Below, piece after piece: positions 1-13,362 of a stretch of DNA of 64,000 nt. Every line of letters begins with the position of its first letter. Position 1 is the stretch's first letter. The stretch is from contig DF237140.1 in the NCBI GenBank assembly GCA_000708835.1, forward strand, positions 86,875 to 150,874, given 5' to 3'. The notes below the pieces were generated by a model that saw only the letters and a list, made by a program, of their open reading frames with translations, made no database searches and was not told the origin of the DNA. The DNA comes from Klebsormidium nitens (Eukaryota > Plantae > Klebsormidiophyceae). The position numbers were made by a program, and so were the translations under genes.

Positions 1-2361
1 GATCCTTTCGCGTCCTTTGGCTTTCCAGTTATCGGCTGTTAGGAATACGCTGCAAGAAGGCAATTTTACGTACGTGTTCTGAAACGATGTGTTTCTTGAT
101 GCTCTACTGCGGCGAGGTAGGGAGGAGGCTGTGTAACAGTGTGCGATTTGCATCGTGAAAGAGAAAAGCGGTGTGACTCCGTTCGCGCCTTTTGACGCTC
201 TTGTTAACACGGGCTTGGAGCACCCTGCAATGCGACGGGAACCTGCGTAATCAAGGAGTCACAAGGCTGCTGTATGGTCGAGAGACAGGTACGGATGGTC
301 ACAAGTCGAGTGCGCTGCTCCCTCTCGCGTCCCTTGACGCTCAAATTTTTCCATGTAGACACCCGGCTGCAGTGCATATAAAGAAGCTGCGTAAATGAAA
401 CGACGAAAAGCTGTTGTTCGCTCGTTCTATCGGCAGGTTTTTTATCCTTTCCTTTGACCAGCCAGCACAGCATTCTAGATGCTTTTTAGGTTCACTGTTC
501 CCCTTCAGTATCCCGTCACTGAGGAGTCCCTTCCTATCGAAGTACCTCTTCGTCAGAAACATGGGCTCTCGTTTCGGCCACGACCTCCCATCTAATGCTT
601 CACGACAGTACCAAAACACAAAAGCATATATTGTCGAGTTGGAGGAGAGTGGACAACAATATCCAGGGCGCATGAAGGTGTGGCCAGCCTTTTGACTGCT
701 CTCAAAACTCAAATGAAGAAAATGTGGGAGCCTCGGTCGAAATTACGAGAACGATACAGGCCTTTGTAATGAAGAACCTCCTCTCACCGAACTGCAGGTT
801 GCGGAAAAGTGCCCGATAAAAACAAGAAGAGGGAACAGTCCCGTTGAGAAAAGAGAAGCATCTGGCATCACTTACTCGTATCCTGGAATAAGAGACCAGC
901 CCTCCATGATCCCCGCAACCTTGTCTTCAATCAGCTTGCTCAGTCCACCATACAGTTCGTCGGCAGCTTTCCCAGATGCCACATCTTCGGACCCAAAGGC
1001 GGCTCTCCCAATGACGTCTAGTGTCAATTTCGAAAACTCCAGAAGCATTTCTAGCTCCTGGGTGCCCCCCTGAATCGTTTGACACCAACGATCGGCGGCC
1101 TCATTGGTGCACTTGATCATGATTTCGCTCATGGCCTGCAGAGCGAAAGTGGTATCATTGAATGGTATCATTGAAAAGTGATGCTGAGCTTTGATAGGCG
1201 CAAGGAGACTTTCCGCGAAAGTCCTGTGCTTGTTCTACGTACAGATTGACATGCCTCTTGAAGGTGGTGCTAAAATAGAAATCAATCAAACTGAATCTGC
1301 TCTCCTGGGCTTTCAGATTCAAAGTCCCAGCTTGCTTTCACAGTATCGCATACCCAGTAAACTACTTAAGCTAAGTGTCTGCTGGGGCAGACACTCGGGG
1401 GCTGAAGACCGCTCGTTCAGAGGGTGTCGGAATCCTTGACCAGGGGCACACAAAGAAGAAAAGATCCAAAGCAGAACTTTATTCACATCTTGCTAGCAAC
1501 AAGCTTTATGTCATTCATGACACTTCTTCGCTATTGTCAATACGAATCAAGGATTTCTACCGCCCCCAAAAGCTTTGGTCATTCCCTATTTTCTGTGGCT
1601 TCTCAGAAGTGTATTACCGGTGTGGACAGAAGAGGCAGTCACCAAAAAGTCAATTCAACAGGATTGCCTCGCTGGTGCTCACACAGGATCAGGCAGGCAC
1701 GACACGCGCATACCTTGATTGCTGTGCTCGGACGCAGAGGGTTTAACGTCTTTCCAGGTTCAAAACGATAGGCCTTGACAGGGGCAAGCTATCACTAACT
1801 TTTGTAAGGACTACAAAAGAGGTGATGCTCGATGCACCATGGTGTCCTTGCCTTGATTTCCTTGTGATTGAACGCGGGGTTGATCATCCTCCTCTGCCGC
1901 TCCCACAGCGGCCCCTCCGCAAACACGAGCCCGTTCCCCATCAAAGACAGCAGATTCTTAACATAAGCCGGCTTTTCAAAACACCCCGCTTTCGTGACCA
2001 GCACTTCTTTGATGGCGTCCGGGCTCGTTAACACCAGGTCTATATTTGGGCCCATTTGGGAGATGTGAATATCGCCATACTGTTTGATCTGCTCACGCGA
2101 CTGGACGAAAAGAACCGCAGCGTATTGGGGGTCGCTTTCCTTTCGTCGCATGTGTTCCCTTATCTCAGGGAGTTGGCCGATGAACGGGCGGAAGGGCGCG
2201 CCCTTCACCCCTTGTCGTTTCAGGTTCAAGTAGATAAGATACGGTTGGAGCAGTGTCTTATTCAGACACCAAATAATAAGCGCGACGGAGAGAATGGCCA
2301 GGATAAGCCTGGCTGAGAAAGGGTGGTGTGCAAAAAGTTGAAAGCTGTGGCCAGCCCACAT
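1..2361 (-). CDS. Cytochrome P450, CYP72-clan-like; 5' part only, gene runs out of the window
   Basis: Exon 1 2361-1852: TM anchor, GVKGAPFRPFIGQ, GNGLVFAEGPLWERQRRMINPAFNHKEIK. Exon 2 1135-876: AMSEIM...LTLDVIGRAAFGS...IPGY. Exon 3 49-<1 (DVFLTADNWKAK), phase-2 compatible. Intron positions match my recollection of plant CYP72-clan genes. An upstream in-frame ATG at 2517 is an alternative start. Intron 1 donor is GC. Confidence 0.9.
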
Positions 2362-4115
2362 CGTTTCTGCGTAGTCCTCCGAGGAGTGAAACATCATTTC
2401 GGTGCTTGTCAGGTGAACAGCCCCTCCGTGCTGTCGGTCTAGAAACCTGGGGGCACTAAGAGATTCAATAGAATCGCAGCGCAGAAGTCCAGCGAGAATG
2501 ATTTGAGGAGATGCCACTAAGAAAGGCGTCTGTATTTCCCAGTTGCCTGGACAGCTGCTTTAGAAGTTAGAACTGACGTCTAAGAATTGCTCGAATTTCT
2601 TGGAGACAGTATTGCAATTGTTGAGGGCCCTTTTAGCATAGCTGCAGGCTAGCGCGGGCAGTAGGGTTTACCTTGAGCTGCTGCATTCCTTATTGAAATT
2701 AGGGTTTTCGAAAGGCCTCAGAGTCGACTGGCCCGCGGGGCCATGCATGTCAAGTTCAACGCTTGGCAGCCATGTGGTCATGCAGGCCGCGTGCACCGCT
2801 GAGTCTGACGGTCAATCCTATAGCAGATCGTCATGTGCAACATGCATGGCTTTGACAGGCAATCATTGGAGTACACGTTGGGGGCTGGAAGGATGGGCCG
2901 CGACGGTCACGTTGGCCAGAATACTCCAGTCTCCGGTGAAACTCAATGTTCTTATAACATCATTGTGATTGACCAAGTAGTCTTAGTTTGGATCTCGAAA
3001 CCCGGTGCGTCGTTAATTGGAAGTCATTATAGGAGCTTACATCATTATATTGTAATGCCCTAGCTGCGTACATGGCCCATAGATGACTTGAATGATTTCA
3101 GCACCGCGTGGTCACTGCACTAGATAAGACGGCGTGTCACCCAATACGTACATGGCTTGTAACAAGCGTGTCTCATTAGCAACAAGGTATCGAAACAACG
3201 AACTCGGGTCCTTGAGTCAATTGCAACTTAGGTTGATTGAATTAACCGCCAATATTTATGGAAGCACTTATAAGTCCTATTTGATGCTTACAGAGTCAGC
3301 GGAGATCGCCGTCAAGGTTAAGAAGCTACTTGGTATGCCGTTGCACATAGATTCTCGACTCGCTTTTGACTACCCCCTGGCTTTCCGTCGACGTTGCTAA
3401 CAGCAAACGGACAATAATTGTGGCCTGATTAGTCTGCACATACCTCCTTCCTTTGGTGGTGGGCCGCAATTGCGGCAGTGCTTAGGCTTGTCCGGTGGGG
3501 GTCACGTTAATGATCGTCTAGCAGTAGTGCGAAAAATCCACCCACTCCGTTACAAAGCACACACCGCAACAACTTTAGCTGCTAAGACGAGGAGTCAGGA
3601 CACATAAATACCGCCCCCTGATAATTGTCCCATACTATCATAAATTTATATTATTGATTACTAATAATTGATTATTAATCTATTAAATATTAGTTCTTAA
3701 GCGCCGACATGAGGAGAGTCCGCCACCAAATCAAAACGGACAAACGTGCGGTCTACAAGGGCCCTATTTCTGATGCTGGCCGTCAACCGTCGATATAATG
3801 CAAGCCTCTCGCAAACGGTGCCCGCTTGGCAGCAATAAATTAGCTTTCCCGAAGAATTACCATCCCCTGGGGACGCCCCTGGGCTTTGAAAGCCAGTCGA
3901 GGCGCACGCTGTGTTTGCATTGTGTCAACCAGCCCCTTACGTTTTTCAGGAGATCAGCTGCCCGGTTCAGATCCTCCTTCGCCCTTCGTGCAAAAGTGCT
4001 CTGGAGGGAACTGTGCCGGTCAAGGACTGTCCCATTCACCTTTCCGACTGCCCCCGTCCCAAGCCGTCAGCCCGTTCGCAGCTCGTTTGACAAGCACCGG
4101 TTGCATGGCCGACGA

Positions 4116-7100
4116 TCAAAGCTCCTCAGTTTCCCCCCCGGGCGGCATTATGCAGGGCGGTCTTGATGCAGGGTACTCGGAAAGAAGGTAGTCCCGCTTT
4201 TCGAAGTCGGAGCTCTCAACGCGGATGCTCGCCTCGGTCACGATTTTCAGGTCGGGGTGCAGACCTGGAACGAAGTCCTGCGAATGGAGGATCGGTAGTG
4301 TGTTACAACTTTTCCGCCCTTGAGAGAAGTCGCAGTGACTCCCATGATCTCTTTAAAAAGGCGTTTGATGGGAGTAAAGACGAGAACAAGATCCGGAGTG
4401 AAGTTGTGGGTCAAAATCAGGCCATCTGATAGCTAGTAATTTTCCCGACCGTTCGCAAACGACCGTTCTTGCTTGCCTTACGGACAGTATCCTTTCCGGA
4501 CGGCACGATTCGGCGGACGAAAAGTGCACAAAGGTCTCCGTGCTGAGGCTTACTTGCAACGACGCGTACGCTTTCAGCAGGTGCAGCATGTAAGAGTAGA
4601 CGTTGTGCATGTCGAGGTCTTCAAGCGCAAACTTGGCGCCCGCCTCGCCGATCCCCCCCGCTAGCTCAGGGTTGTCATTTCCCCACCTAACCTGGACATT
4701 GAGTCCACAGAAATGACGTCAGCTGAAGTTCACTCTGGCCTAAAGAACCTGGATGTACCGGGCTGGGAGACCTACTCAGGAGTAGAGTAGTAGAGGAGTA
4801 GAGATTGTCATAATTCGTACTCATGAAGTACTTTTAAAACTCAGGCTCAATCACGCACCGTGTGATGGCACTTGCGAATCTAGACTTTCATACAAGGCAG
4901 CTTTTCGAGATCCGGACGACGTGGCTCAGCACATGCTTGTTGAGAGGAATTCGGTAAGTCTGATCTCGCTGGTATGCAATGGACCCCGAATGAAGGCACA
5001 CATTTGATTCCAACAGGTTGCTTATATGAGGTTGTTGGAAACAAAAAGGAAGGAACTAACCTTGTCTCTCATGTTCTCGCAAAGCGCCGGGTGCTTCGGA
5101 ACCACGAGACAGTTCTCGCCGTCTCGCAGGCCGTGGTCGTAGAACGCCTTAAACACTGGCTCGACCAGGAGCATCGTTGACCCGCACGCTAACCCGTACT
5201 TTATACTAACCGACCATGCAGACCCCTCTGCATATATCCGATACCTGCATACAGAAATTCGTGATAATTGGTGCCCTATGCACACCCGTTGGGCGTGCTC
5301 TCGAAGGATATTGCAAGGAACGACACAGGAAAGCTTGTCAAACGAAAGCGACGTGTTTCCACAAGCACTGTAATGGTCTCACCAACAGGACGTTCGAATG
5401 GACTCCGAGAACAGGGACTGGAGCGGACTATCTTCGTACAAGCGTACAGTACTCGCTTCCAGGACAAGAGCACCAAAGGGCAGCTTACAAGCGTTGTTAG
5501 CCCCTGCAAATGGAACTCCAGAAGGGGAAGGGGGGCATTTCATTGTCCACTGGCAAGGCACTTAAACCAGCTTGAAGATTTTCTAGTACGGCCTTGAATG
5601 CAGAGTTTCTGACTCCTTATTCTACCAGGGCGCAAGAAATCCATTGGAAGAGAAGTTCCTGACTGTCTTGACAGGAGCATTGACGAGGAAGAAAGCGTAT
5701 TAGCACCCGAGTACGAAGGAGGCTTGCTTACCTATAACCGCACTGGTCCTCTAACCTAGCGTCCGTAAAGTTGGTCTCGTGCGCGGCCACGTTGCCCCAG
5801 CTCTTGTCGTATGCTGAAAGCAGAAACGAAGGGTCCTCCGCTGTGCACCGCACGAGCGCTTTCCGCGCCTCGTTCAACCAGGCCGCCCCTTTCCAGAACG
5901 CCTGCCGGTGAGGAGAGCTTTCTTTAGAGAGAACTCAGATAACGACGTTCTTTGTGAACACGAGATGTCAATATCAACGAACAACGAATATGGGCTTCCA
6001 AGCCCTGGGTTTAGCCGGGCCAGGATGATTCAAATTACGACGCAAGGCGAACCTGCTGCTAATTGAATCGACGGATCTTCTGATAGGTTAACTGGGTGCA
6101 AGTACACAGGACTCTGGTTCGGTGCGTTCGACCAAGCATTTTAAGGGTAGACTTTCTGCCGCATCACAATAAAATCAGCAGCCCGCTCATGAAGTTGGCT
6201 GCTTGTCATCACATGGTTCACGAATCCTCAGCCCAACTCACCGTCTTTTCTCTGTCGATCCACTTTAGCCCCGCCCTCGCGGCCCGGTCGATCCTGTGGC
6301 TTTGATCGCGCCACCTGGCGATCTCCAGGTCCGGCCACCCCCAGAACGTCCAGTCAGGGAACGGCACATCAATTTTGCCCTCCCTATTGTCGTAGTTCAG
6401 CAGAACCGGAGTTGGATCGGCTGGGTTTTTTGGTCTGACCATTTGGGGGTAGTCGTTGCATTCAAACACGAAGTCGACGTCGGGTACTTGGCCAGGGAAG
6501 TAACGAAGGAGCTGTAGGAGGCCCCAGGTTGAGTAGCGCGCACGGTTCTGCAGGTGTGATAGAATAGAAAGTGTGAAAATGTATCCAAAACAAGGCCTCC
6601 CGAGGAACAAACGGCATCCTGAAGCAGGGACGATTGGATTGAGCAAATCCATGAGTGAGAGGAATCACCTACAACTTCTCAACCAAGAGTGAAGTACAGT
6701 CTTGCCATGTCTATGTCGAAGAAGTTGGAAGCAATGAAACAATCTTAGGATCAGAGAGCAGGGCTACAGGAAGTGGCTACGAAGAGGAACAAGTTTGCTT
6801 GCGTAGTAAAATCCTGTAGCGGTCGGGTCAAGATCCTTCATCTTGAGCTTCATTGACATCCCTCCTGTCCTATGGTTTCTCCAACCAGTTTCGTGACAGC
6901 TTAGCTAGGCTGCCTCTCCTATCGCCCACCGCAGAAGAGACTAAGGACTTCCTTCTAGAAGAACTCGAGATGAGGTTGTGTACTTACTGGAAAACAGGGC
7001 TTTATCTCCTTTGCATACAGTTTGCCGCCAATGATTGTGAAGTGAATCGCTGCGCCCGGCAGAGCAGCCTCGATGTCCTGGGCACTGATGCTGCCTTTCT

Positions 7101-7747
7101 CCTGCAAGAAAGGAGCTTTTTAGTTCGTCTCGCACGATTCCATCAGAAGAGCAAGGTACTTGTAAGTGAGCCAAGCTCATGATCTAAGGATATGCCACGG
7201 CACATGTACCAAATCCAGCAAGATCAGCAGTCACTTTCCATGCGGTTTCTTGAGCCAACCAGGTCCAAAAATGGACTACAAAGAGTTGACCAGAGTAAGT
7301 TTACAATGGTGGTGAACTTTGAGTGTCAGAATCTGATCATCGTTTGATCACACTTCTCGCTGGTTGTGTGTCGGCATCTAACCATCATCATATGGTGCTT
7401 CATTGAAGAGGAAGGCAAAACTTTCAGCCGGCTTCAAGGGAGTACGTTTTCTCTTGTAATGGGAATCAGCTCACCTTCCATGGCGCCAGATCCTCATACA
7501 TCCCTGAAAACCAGGCGGGACATTCTTGCTCGTGTGGTTGAAATGTCGTCCTGATTCTGACCGCTGCCGCTACGAGAAAAGCCCTTTGTTGCACGAATGC
7601 GACGTCTTCCCACGAGGTGCCAACCAGTACATTGATGAGGCCAACGCAGACGAGCCCCAGGATGAGCAAAGGGCGTCGGATGCAGAGGTCAACGGCAGCC
7701 TTCAAGCCTATTGCGCCCGCACTTTTGGCAGATTCACTGATGTCCAT
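4116..7747 (-). CDS. Glycosyltransferase family 90 (DUF821/CAP10/Rumi-POGLUT-like), type II membrane protein, 7 exons, ~448 aa
   Basis: Exons 7747-7475, 7101-6988, 6547-6242, 5901-5732, 5244-5061, 4691-4554, 4277-4116; all GT-AG, total 1347 nt in frame. Motifs CPAWF..MYEDLAPW, WGLLQLLRYFPGQVPDVDFVFECND, FPDWTFWGW, FWKG, YRIYAEGSAWSVSIKYGLAC, VYSYMLHLLKAYA. Confidence 0.92.
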
Positions 7748-9520
7748 TGTCAAAGTCAAGTGTTAACTTGGTGGTGCAGAAATTTGAAGACTGCAGGTGC
7801 TCTCAAAGAATTGATCTTTTGAGCCAGTTGATAGGTTGGAAACATCCGGTTCAATGGGTCCTTGTCTCACGTTCACTCCTTTGTCAAAAGAACCTCCAAA
7901 TACAAGGACCTAATACAAGGTTACATGAACTTAAACCTATGTTATGGTAGATACGATATAAGGTTACTTTTATGTTACAAGATTGCACCTCTCTCTGGAG
8001 ATTCTTCTTGAAAGAACAAGTTTGGCCCCGAAATGCCACTTTTACGGTCTATGTAGTTCAGTCTGTCAGAAAACTACAAACAATTGTCTTGCGGCTTTTG
8101 CCAGCTGGGAATCAAGCACAGCCTCCCTTCTACGACAACAAGGTCAGAGTTTGGCGGCCCAATCGCCTGTTTCTCCATCTCAAGAAGATCTATGTCTTGT
8201 TGATATACCAGCAAGGAGTACAACTGCTTTGCTTCCCTCCAGGATTCAGGAGGACAGCATGCAGTTTGCAATGCAGAGGGCGTCAAACCACCTGGTTCAA
8301 TGTGACTGAACGTTTGTGGGAGATAGAACCATGCCCCCTGAAAGACTGCCCTGCTTCAGGGTGGGGCTCTTCATGCCCGTTTTCTGCCCCCGGTAGCTTC
8401 GTAAAAATTCTCGCTTGGTTTACACGCAATGAAACCTTGGTCCTGGGGGGGTTGCGCAGATGAGCTCTGGCGACTTTGGCAAAATGATCATGCCATTGCC
8501 AGCTGCCATACTACTGGACCAATGGCCACATACCTTAAACTGAAGCTGCTCCCAATTTAAACGTTGCGCCCCTACTTGGATTTGAAGCTGCCCCAAACCT
8601 CACGCGATCACTGGCACAGATCAATCTGATCACAGCGGCTCCGGGCAATCACATTCACGGGAGTATCCTGACTGACATAACCCAAAGGTTAAAGCAGAAC
8701 TGCTATGTATGTGCTAGTTGTGAATGCAGGGTAACTCGAACAATGTAACTAACCGCACATAACTGGCTTAACTTGTTGTACGCCGGCCAGGCGTATCCAT
8801 GCTGCAGTAACCGGAGCTTCAATTCAGACTGTTCATTATAAAGCATGTCTAGCATGATGGTATGCAAAACTGTGCCAGTGTCATATTTCAAAACAGTGTG
8901 GCAGAATGGCACAGGTATTCAAAAGCATGTATCCATCATGGAAACAGAAGTGATAAGATTTGAGGTGTGGCCAGTGCAATCAGCTGAAAACAACAGCTGC
9001 ACCTTCAATGGGCATTGAATTTGATCAGATTGACCAGCAAGCGCCAGATCTGGGAGAGGTCTGCAAGTCAAGTGAGCAAATGCCCCATGTGGTGATCCCG
9101 CTGCAGCAGGAAACCGGCCCTCCAAACCTTCTTCAAGTTCAAACCTCAAAAAAATGCACACTCGCGTCAAGAAGAGTTCGATCCCCCGGGCAGTCACTTT
9201 CCCCTCAACATGCATGGCATGCTGCCTGGTCAAAGTCGCTTCTTCCTTGGTCAAACCGGTTTCTTCTTCTTCAGGGTTCTTAAGTGTTAGTTGAACCTGG
9301 CGATAACCCAGATTGCTGCTCTCACAACCATGGCAGTGGTTTGCAGTCCTGAACGCCAATGCCGATGGTTTCTTTTCATCTATAAATATATGTAATAAGC
9401 CAGTTGCAAACTGTTCGCCCAACAGTTTTTACAACCAGAACTTGAAGCGATTTCTCCATGCAGGCGAAGTCCTAGCCCCATTGCACCTGCTACAAAGGGC
9501 CACCTTGATTGCGTGCAACC

Positions 9521-12500
9521 ATGCAGACCGCCTCATGGCGTCCCACTGCCAACCACAGTGCACGGATACGGGCAGGGGTTTCAGCGGGCATTGATGCTGA
9601 GGGGACGAACGGGCGCAGATTGGCCCCAGCAATAGTTGCCCAATGCAGTAAGCACGAGCTGACACCAGGGCCAATTCCGGCGAAGCAATCAAGCCTGCAG
9701 CGGGGGGCCTTGTGTCAACGATTGCTATGGGGAGTAGACAAACGGTCAGGGCATATCTCTTGCTTCCCAGCTCACTCTCAAGCCAGAGCATTCTCCACAG
9801 AAATTTCTCAGGAGTGTATAGAACAATCAGGTGAGCTGAGGTCATCAAATGATCATGCTGATGTCAGCGGGCGTCGGTGGCTTCGATGGCGCCAGGTGGC
9901 GCTGGTGTTGGCGGCTCTCCTGCTGTTGGTTTGGAGGAGACCCTCGCCGGCTTTCGCCGCGGCCGTGGCGGGAGACCAGGGCGCTGGGGCGGGGGGGGCA
10001 GCGTTCAAGTTTGGGGCGTTTGGGCTGCGGGGCAGCTTGACGGATCGGACACCTGGGTGAGGAGTCGTGACATGCGATGCTGCTTTGTGAAGGAGCCTTT
10101 TCGTGTGATCAAACCGACCTGCATTCGGAACCAACTTTGGGGCATTTGGGTTGTGGGCCAGCTTAATGGACCGGACACCTGGGTGAGGAGTCATGACGTT
10201 TGGAGGTGATTTGTGAAGGAGCCCTTCATGTGATCAAAACCAACCAGCCATCGAAAGCAACTTTGGGCCAAGTGCGGGGCAATTTGTCGGATCGAACACC
10301 TGGCATAAAAGGTGTCGCAGCTTTGCGAGGGGGCTTTTGGGCGATTGGAACGACCAGGGGCTCAAAGTGTTCAAAGGAATGTTGAGGTGGTGCTGATTGG
10401 GTCGAGCACAGTGTTTTGCTGGTGTAGTGTATACCACCTTCATCCGCTAATTCTGCTATCTACGTACTTGAAAAATTCTTCAGACGGCAGATTAGTACTG
10501 GCACACACCATGAAAGTCAAGAGACCACGATGACGTGACATTTGAAGAATTTCCGTGACAATGACTTAAATCTCTCCCCAACTCCCTCCCTGACACTGCA
10601 GGCTGGCCTACTTTGCCCTTCTGATGGCTGCCGGGTGCGGCCTATTCGTGAGCGAGGAAGCGTTGAATGTATGGGTGGGGGGATCCCTCGGGCGGTGCCT
10701 GGTGCTGGACGGCACTCGGGAGGCACTGATGCAGTCGCTACGGGCGAACTGGGGCTACATCGCGTCTGTCATTTTCTGGGTTTACTGGTAAGCACGGACG
10801 AGGATGTCTTGGTTTACCGGTGAGCACGAACCAGGAACTTCCCGGGTGTATTCACGAGCGTAAACTAGAATTCCCCAGGTCTACGGCTCAGCATTAAGCA
10901 GGATTTCTGGGTTCATTGGTCAGCACGGATATGGGCAGAGTTGCTAATCTGATTAGGGACACTGTCGAGGGCCATTCTTTAGCCTACGGACTCCTCTCGT
11001 TTTGCATCTTGTTTCAATCGATTCCTGTTTTTCTTTTCGTCATCCTTTCTCAGTGCGCGCTTTCCAAGACGAGCCAGGAGCCCCGAAAAAGCTCGAAAGG
11101 CGTTATCGCTGCTTCAAGCGAAACTGTCTCTGAGTCGTCCACTTAGTCGTCCTAGTCTCGACCTGATATCGTTTCACTGTACAGGCTCACCAATCGCACC
11201 TCTTGCTTTGTACAAAGAACCGTTCATCAAAAAATGTTCCAAAGTGGGTCGGCTATAATTGCTGCCTCTAACGGCGGTGTTCCGCTGCAGGGGCGTGTGC
11301 CTGAGCGACCTCATCCCGTTCTATGCGGGCAAGTGGGCAGCCCAGCGAGGGGAGAGCGTCACAGAAAAGGTCGGTAAAACTCCAGAAGTACCAGCATGAT
11401 CATTTTATGGTGATCGAACTTAGCCTCCGGTTGACCCAGGGCTCGGGAAGAACGACAATCTTGTGAAGTCTTGGAGAGCGTCACAGAGAACGTCGGCGAA
11501 ACACAAGTGATAGCAGCTTTCAAGAATGTTTGGTCCTCGAAACTAATATTTTGAGGGACCTAGGTTTCAGGGGGAACGACCACCTTATGAAAGCGTGACT
11601 CACTCCCGGTCAGGTGTCGTCACTAACAATCATCTTTCTTCGGTTGCATTTGGTCAATGAAGTGCCCACTTGATTCTGCTTCGGTGGCAATTGCCTCCCA
11701 GCCAAGCCGAATCTGTGAATGAGTGGGCTTTCGTATTGTAGCATTACATCCTCGTCTTCGAGATCCTCACTGGGTGCTACGTATCTTGTACATCGCGCAG
11801 CTTGGGGGAACGAATCAAGCAACTCTGGCTCGAGTCACGTCAGCGGTCCGCAAGTATGGTGCTTACATCGGGCTCGGTGAGCTATCAACCAGATGAACGA
11901 TCCGGAATTGTGAATCCGTCGTACTTATGCTGGAGCTGTTCTGGAACGTTGGTGACCTTCTCTAATGAAAGCCTGTTTGAGGCGATCACTCCGGTTGCTC
12001 CTTCCTTAAGTCCCAACAAAATCTGTCCTCTTTTCCTATCCTCCGACCGTCAACGTCTGTCCGATAAGACGCCTAGCATCTACCTTTTTGAAAAGCTTTT
12101 CCTTTTCAGGATGCTTATCTCCGCAACATCTCCGTGATCTTGTGACTAAGATCCGCTGCGGTCCGGTTCCGCTTAGTTGATGCTTCCTGGTTGCGCGTCC
12201 TTAACATTCTTACTTCGCTTACAGTCGAGCGCTTCTCCCTCGGGGTGCGGAACCCGACCGCCTTCCTGGCGGGCTTCTCGGTGAGCGCCTCCTGTGAGAT
12301 TGACTTCAACCTAGGATTAAATGGTCTCAAAATCGATTGGACACTATCGAGACGAACCGCCAGACGTGATATTTGACAGGACGCGTATCTCCTTCTCATG
12401 GCACTCCTTTGACTTCATTTCGTGTGGCAAAGGTCTCCCAGAGCATAGTCTGCACGACTCAGCCTGGCCGTTCCCTTCTTCGGCTCTCCCGACCATGTAC

Positions 12501-13362
12501 AGCAATGGTTTGTATGTGGTCTGAAAGCTAAGGAATAGAATGGGAAGTAGCGAAAGGCAGTGCTCTGCCAAACCGCTGCTACTTGAATCCACCCGGAAGA
12601 GCCTGCATACATCGACAAACGAGAACACATAAACACTCAAGATTGACCTGAATCCGCATTCTCACAGGGCGTGTCTACTTCGACCTTCTTCATTGGGGTG
12701 TGCGCCGGCGGTCTCTTTACGCTACCCCTCCAGGTACGTATTTCGCCCAAAAACTGCTCCGCTGCTGCTTCTGCTAAATTTCCAGTTGGATGCTTCCCTC
12801 TTCCTCACGAGGTGTTACTTCATGACGCATAGTCTCGAGTTCGGCCGTGCTTCGACTCAACTTCTCTCTCCTCGTCTCTTCAGATGGGCCTCGGCTTTGT
12901 GTTGCGGGATCGGCCGGTCGCTGCGCTTGCAACCGTAGCCGCAGTTGTCGTAAGCCCTGCCGTTGTAACGTCTCGCTTCTTTCTGGAAATGCATTCGTAA
13001 AGTGTCATCTTAGCAATGGTCAATCAGAGCCAATGCTTGCTGTACTGCATTGCTTTTGCTTTTTGTATTGCATCGTGATTCCACCAGTATGAGGCGGACG
13101 CCTTAGTTCGTTGCCGTCTTCTTTTCTTGCGGATCGAAATGAGGGTAATCCTTGGCATCACTCGTCCTTCTGCATTAGAGGAAACACGCTAGCTTTACGG
13201 AATGCGTTTCTGCCTGATACTTGTACTTCTCGGCCTCATCATTCTTTCCCATTGCAGGGGACTTGGACGGTGGTTCCTTACGCATCGGCGGCTCTTGCGG
13301 CCGCGTGGTTCTTTGTCAAGCAGCGGCTAGACAAGAAGGGGGACGCGGAAGTCGAAAGTTGA
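9521..13362 (+). CDS. DedA/VTT (SNARE-associated) family membrane protein with probable plastid transit peptide, 8 exons, ~389 aa
   Basis: Exons 9521-10056, 10602-10787, 11291-11369, 11801-11876, 12225-12280, 12668-12733, 12884-12949, 13258-13362; all GT-AG, total 1170 nt in frame. Motifs LLMAAGCGLFVSEEAL, GVCLSDLIPFYAGK, VERFSLGVRNPTAFLAG, GVCAGGLFTLPLQ. Start codon is uncertain. Confidence 0.85.
10005..10310 (+). repeat. Three ~121-126 bp tandem copies spanning the DedA exon 1 donor
   Basis: GACACCTGG|GTGAGGAGTC at 10056 and 10182; degenerate third copy GAACACCTGG|CATA at 10303. Confidence 0.85.

Noticed and set aside
2740-2850. CATGCA (RY) cluster upstream of the P450 as a specific regulatory signal
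   Set aside because: Equally dense CATGCA/TGCATG runs occur at 13.4-14.0 kb between two gene 3' ends, so the motif alone is not discriminating.
7972-9422. ORFs 7972-8463 (+) and 8919-9422 (-) between the GT90 and DedA genes
   Set aside because: No recognisable motif, no convincing splice partners, and several overlapping frames are open; treated as intergenic.
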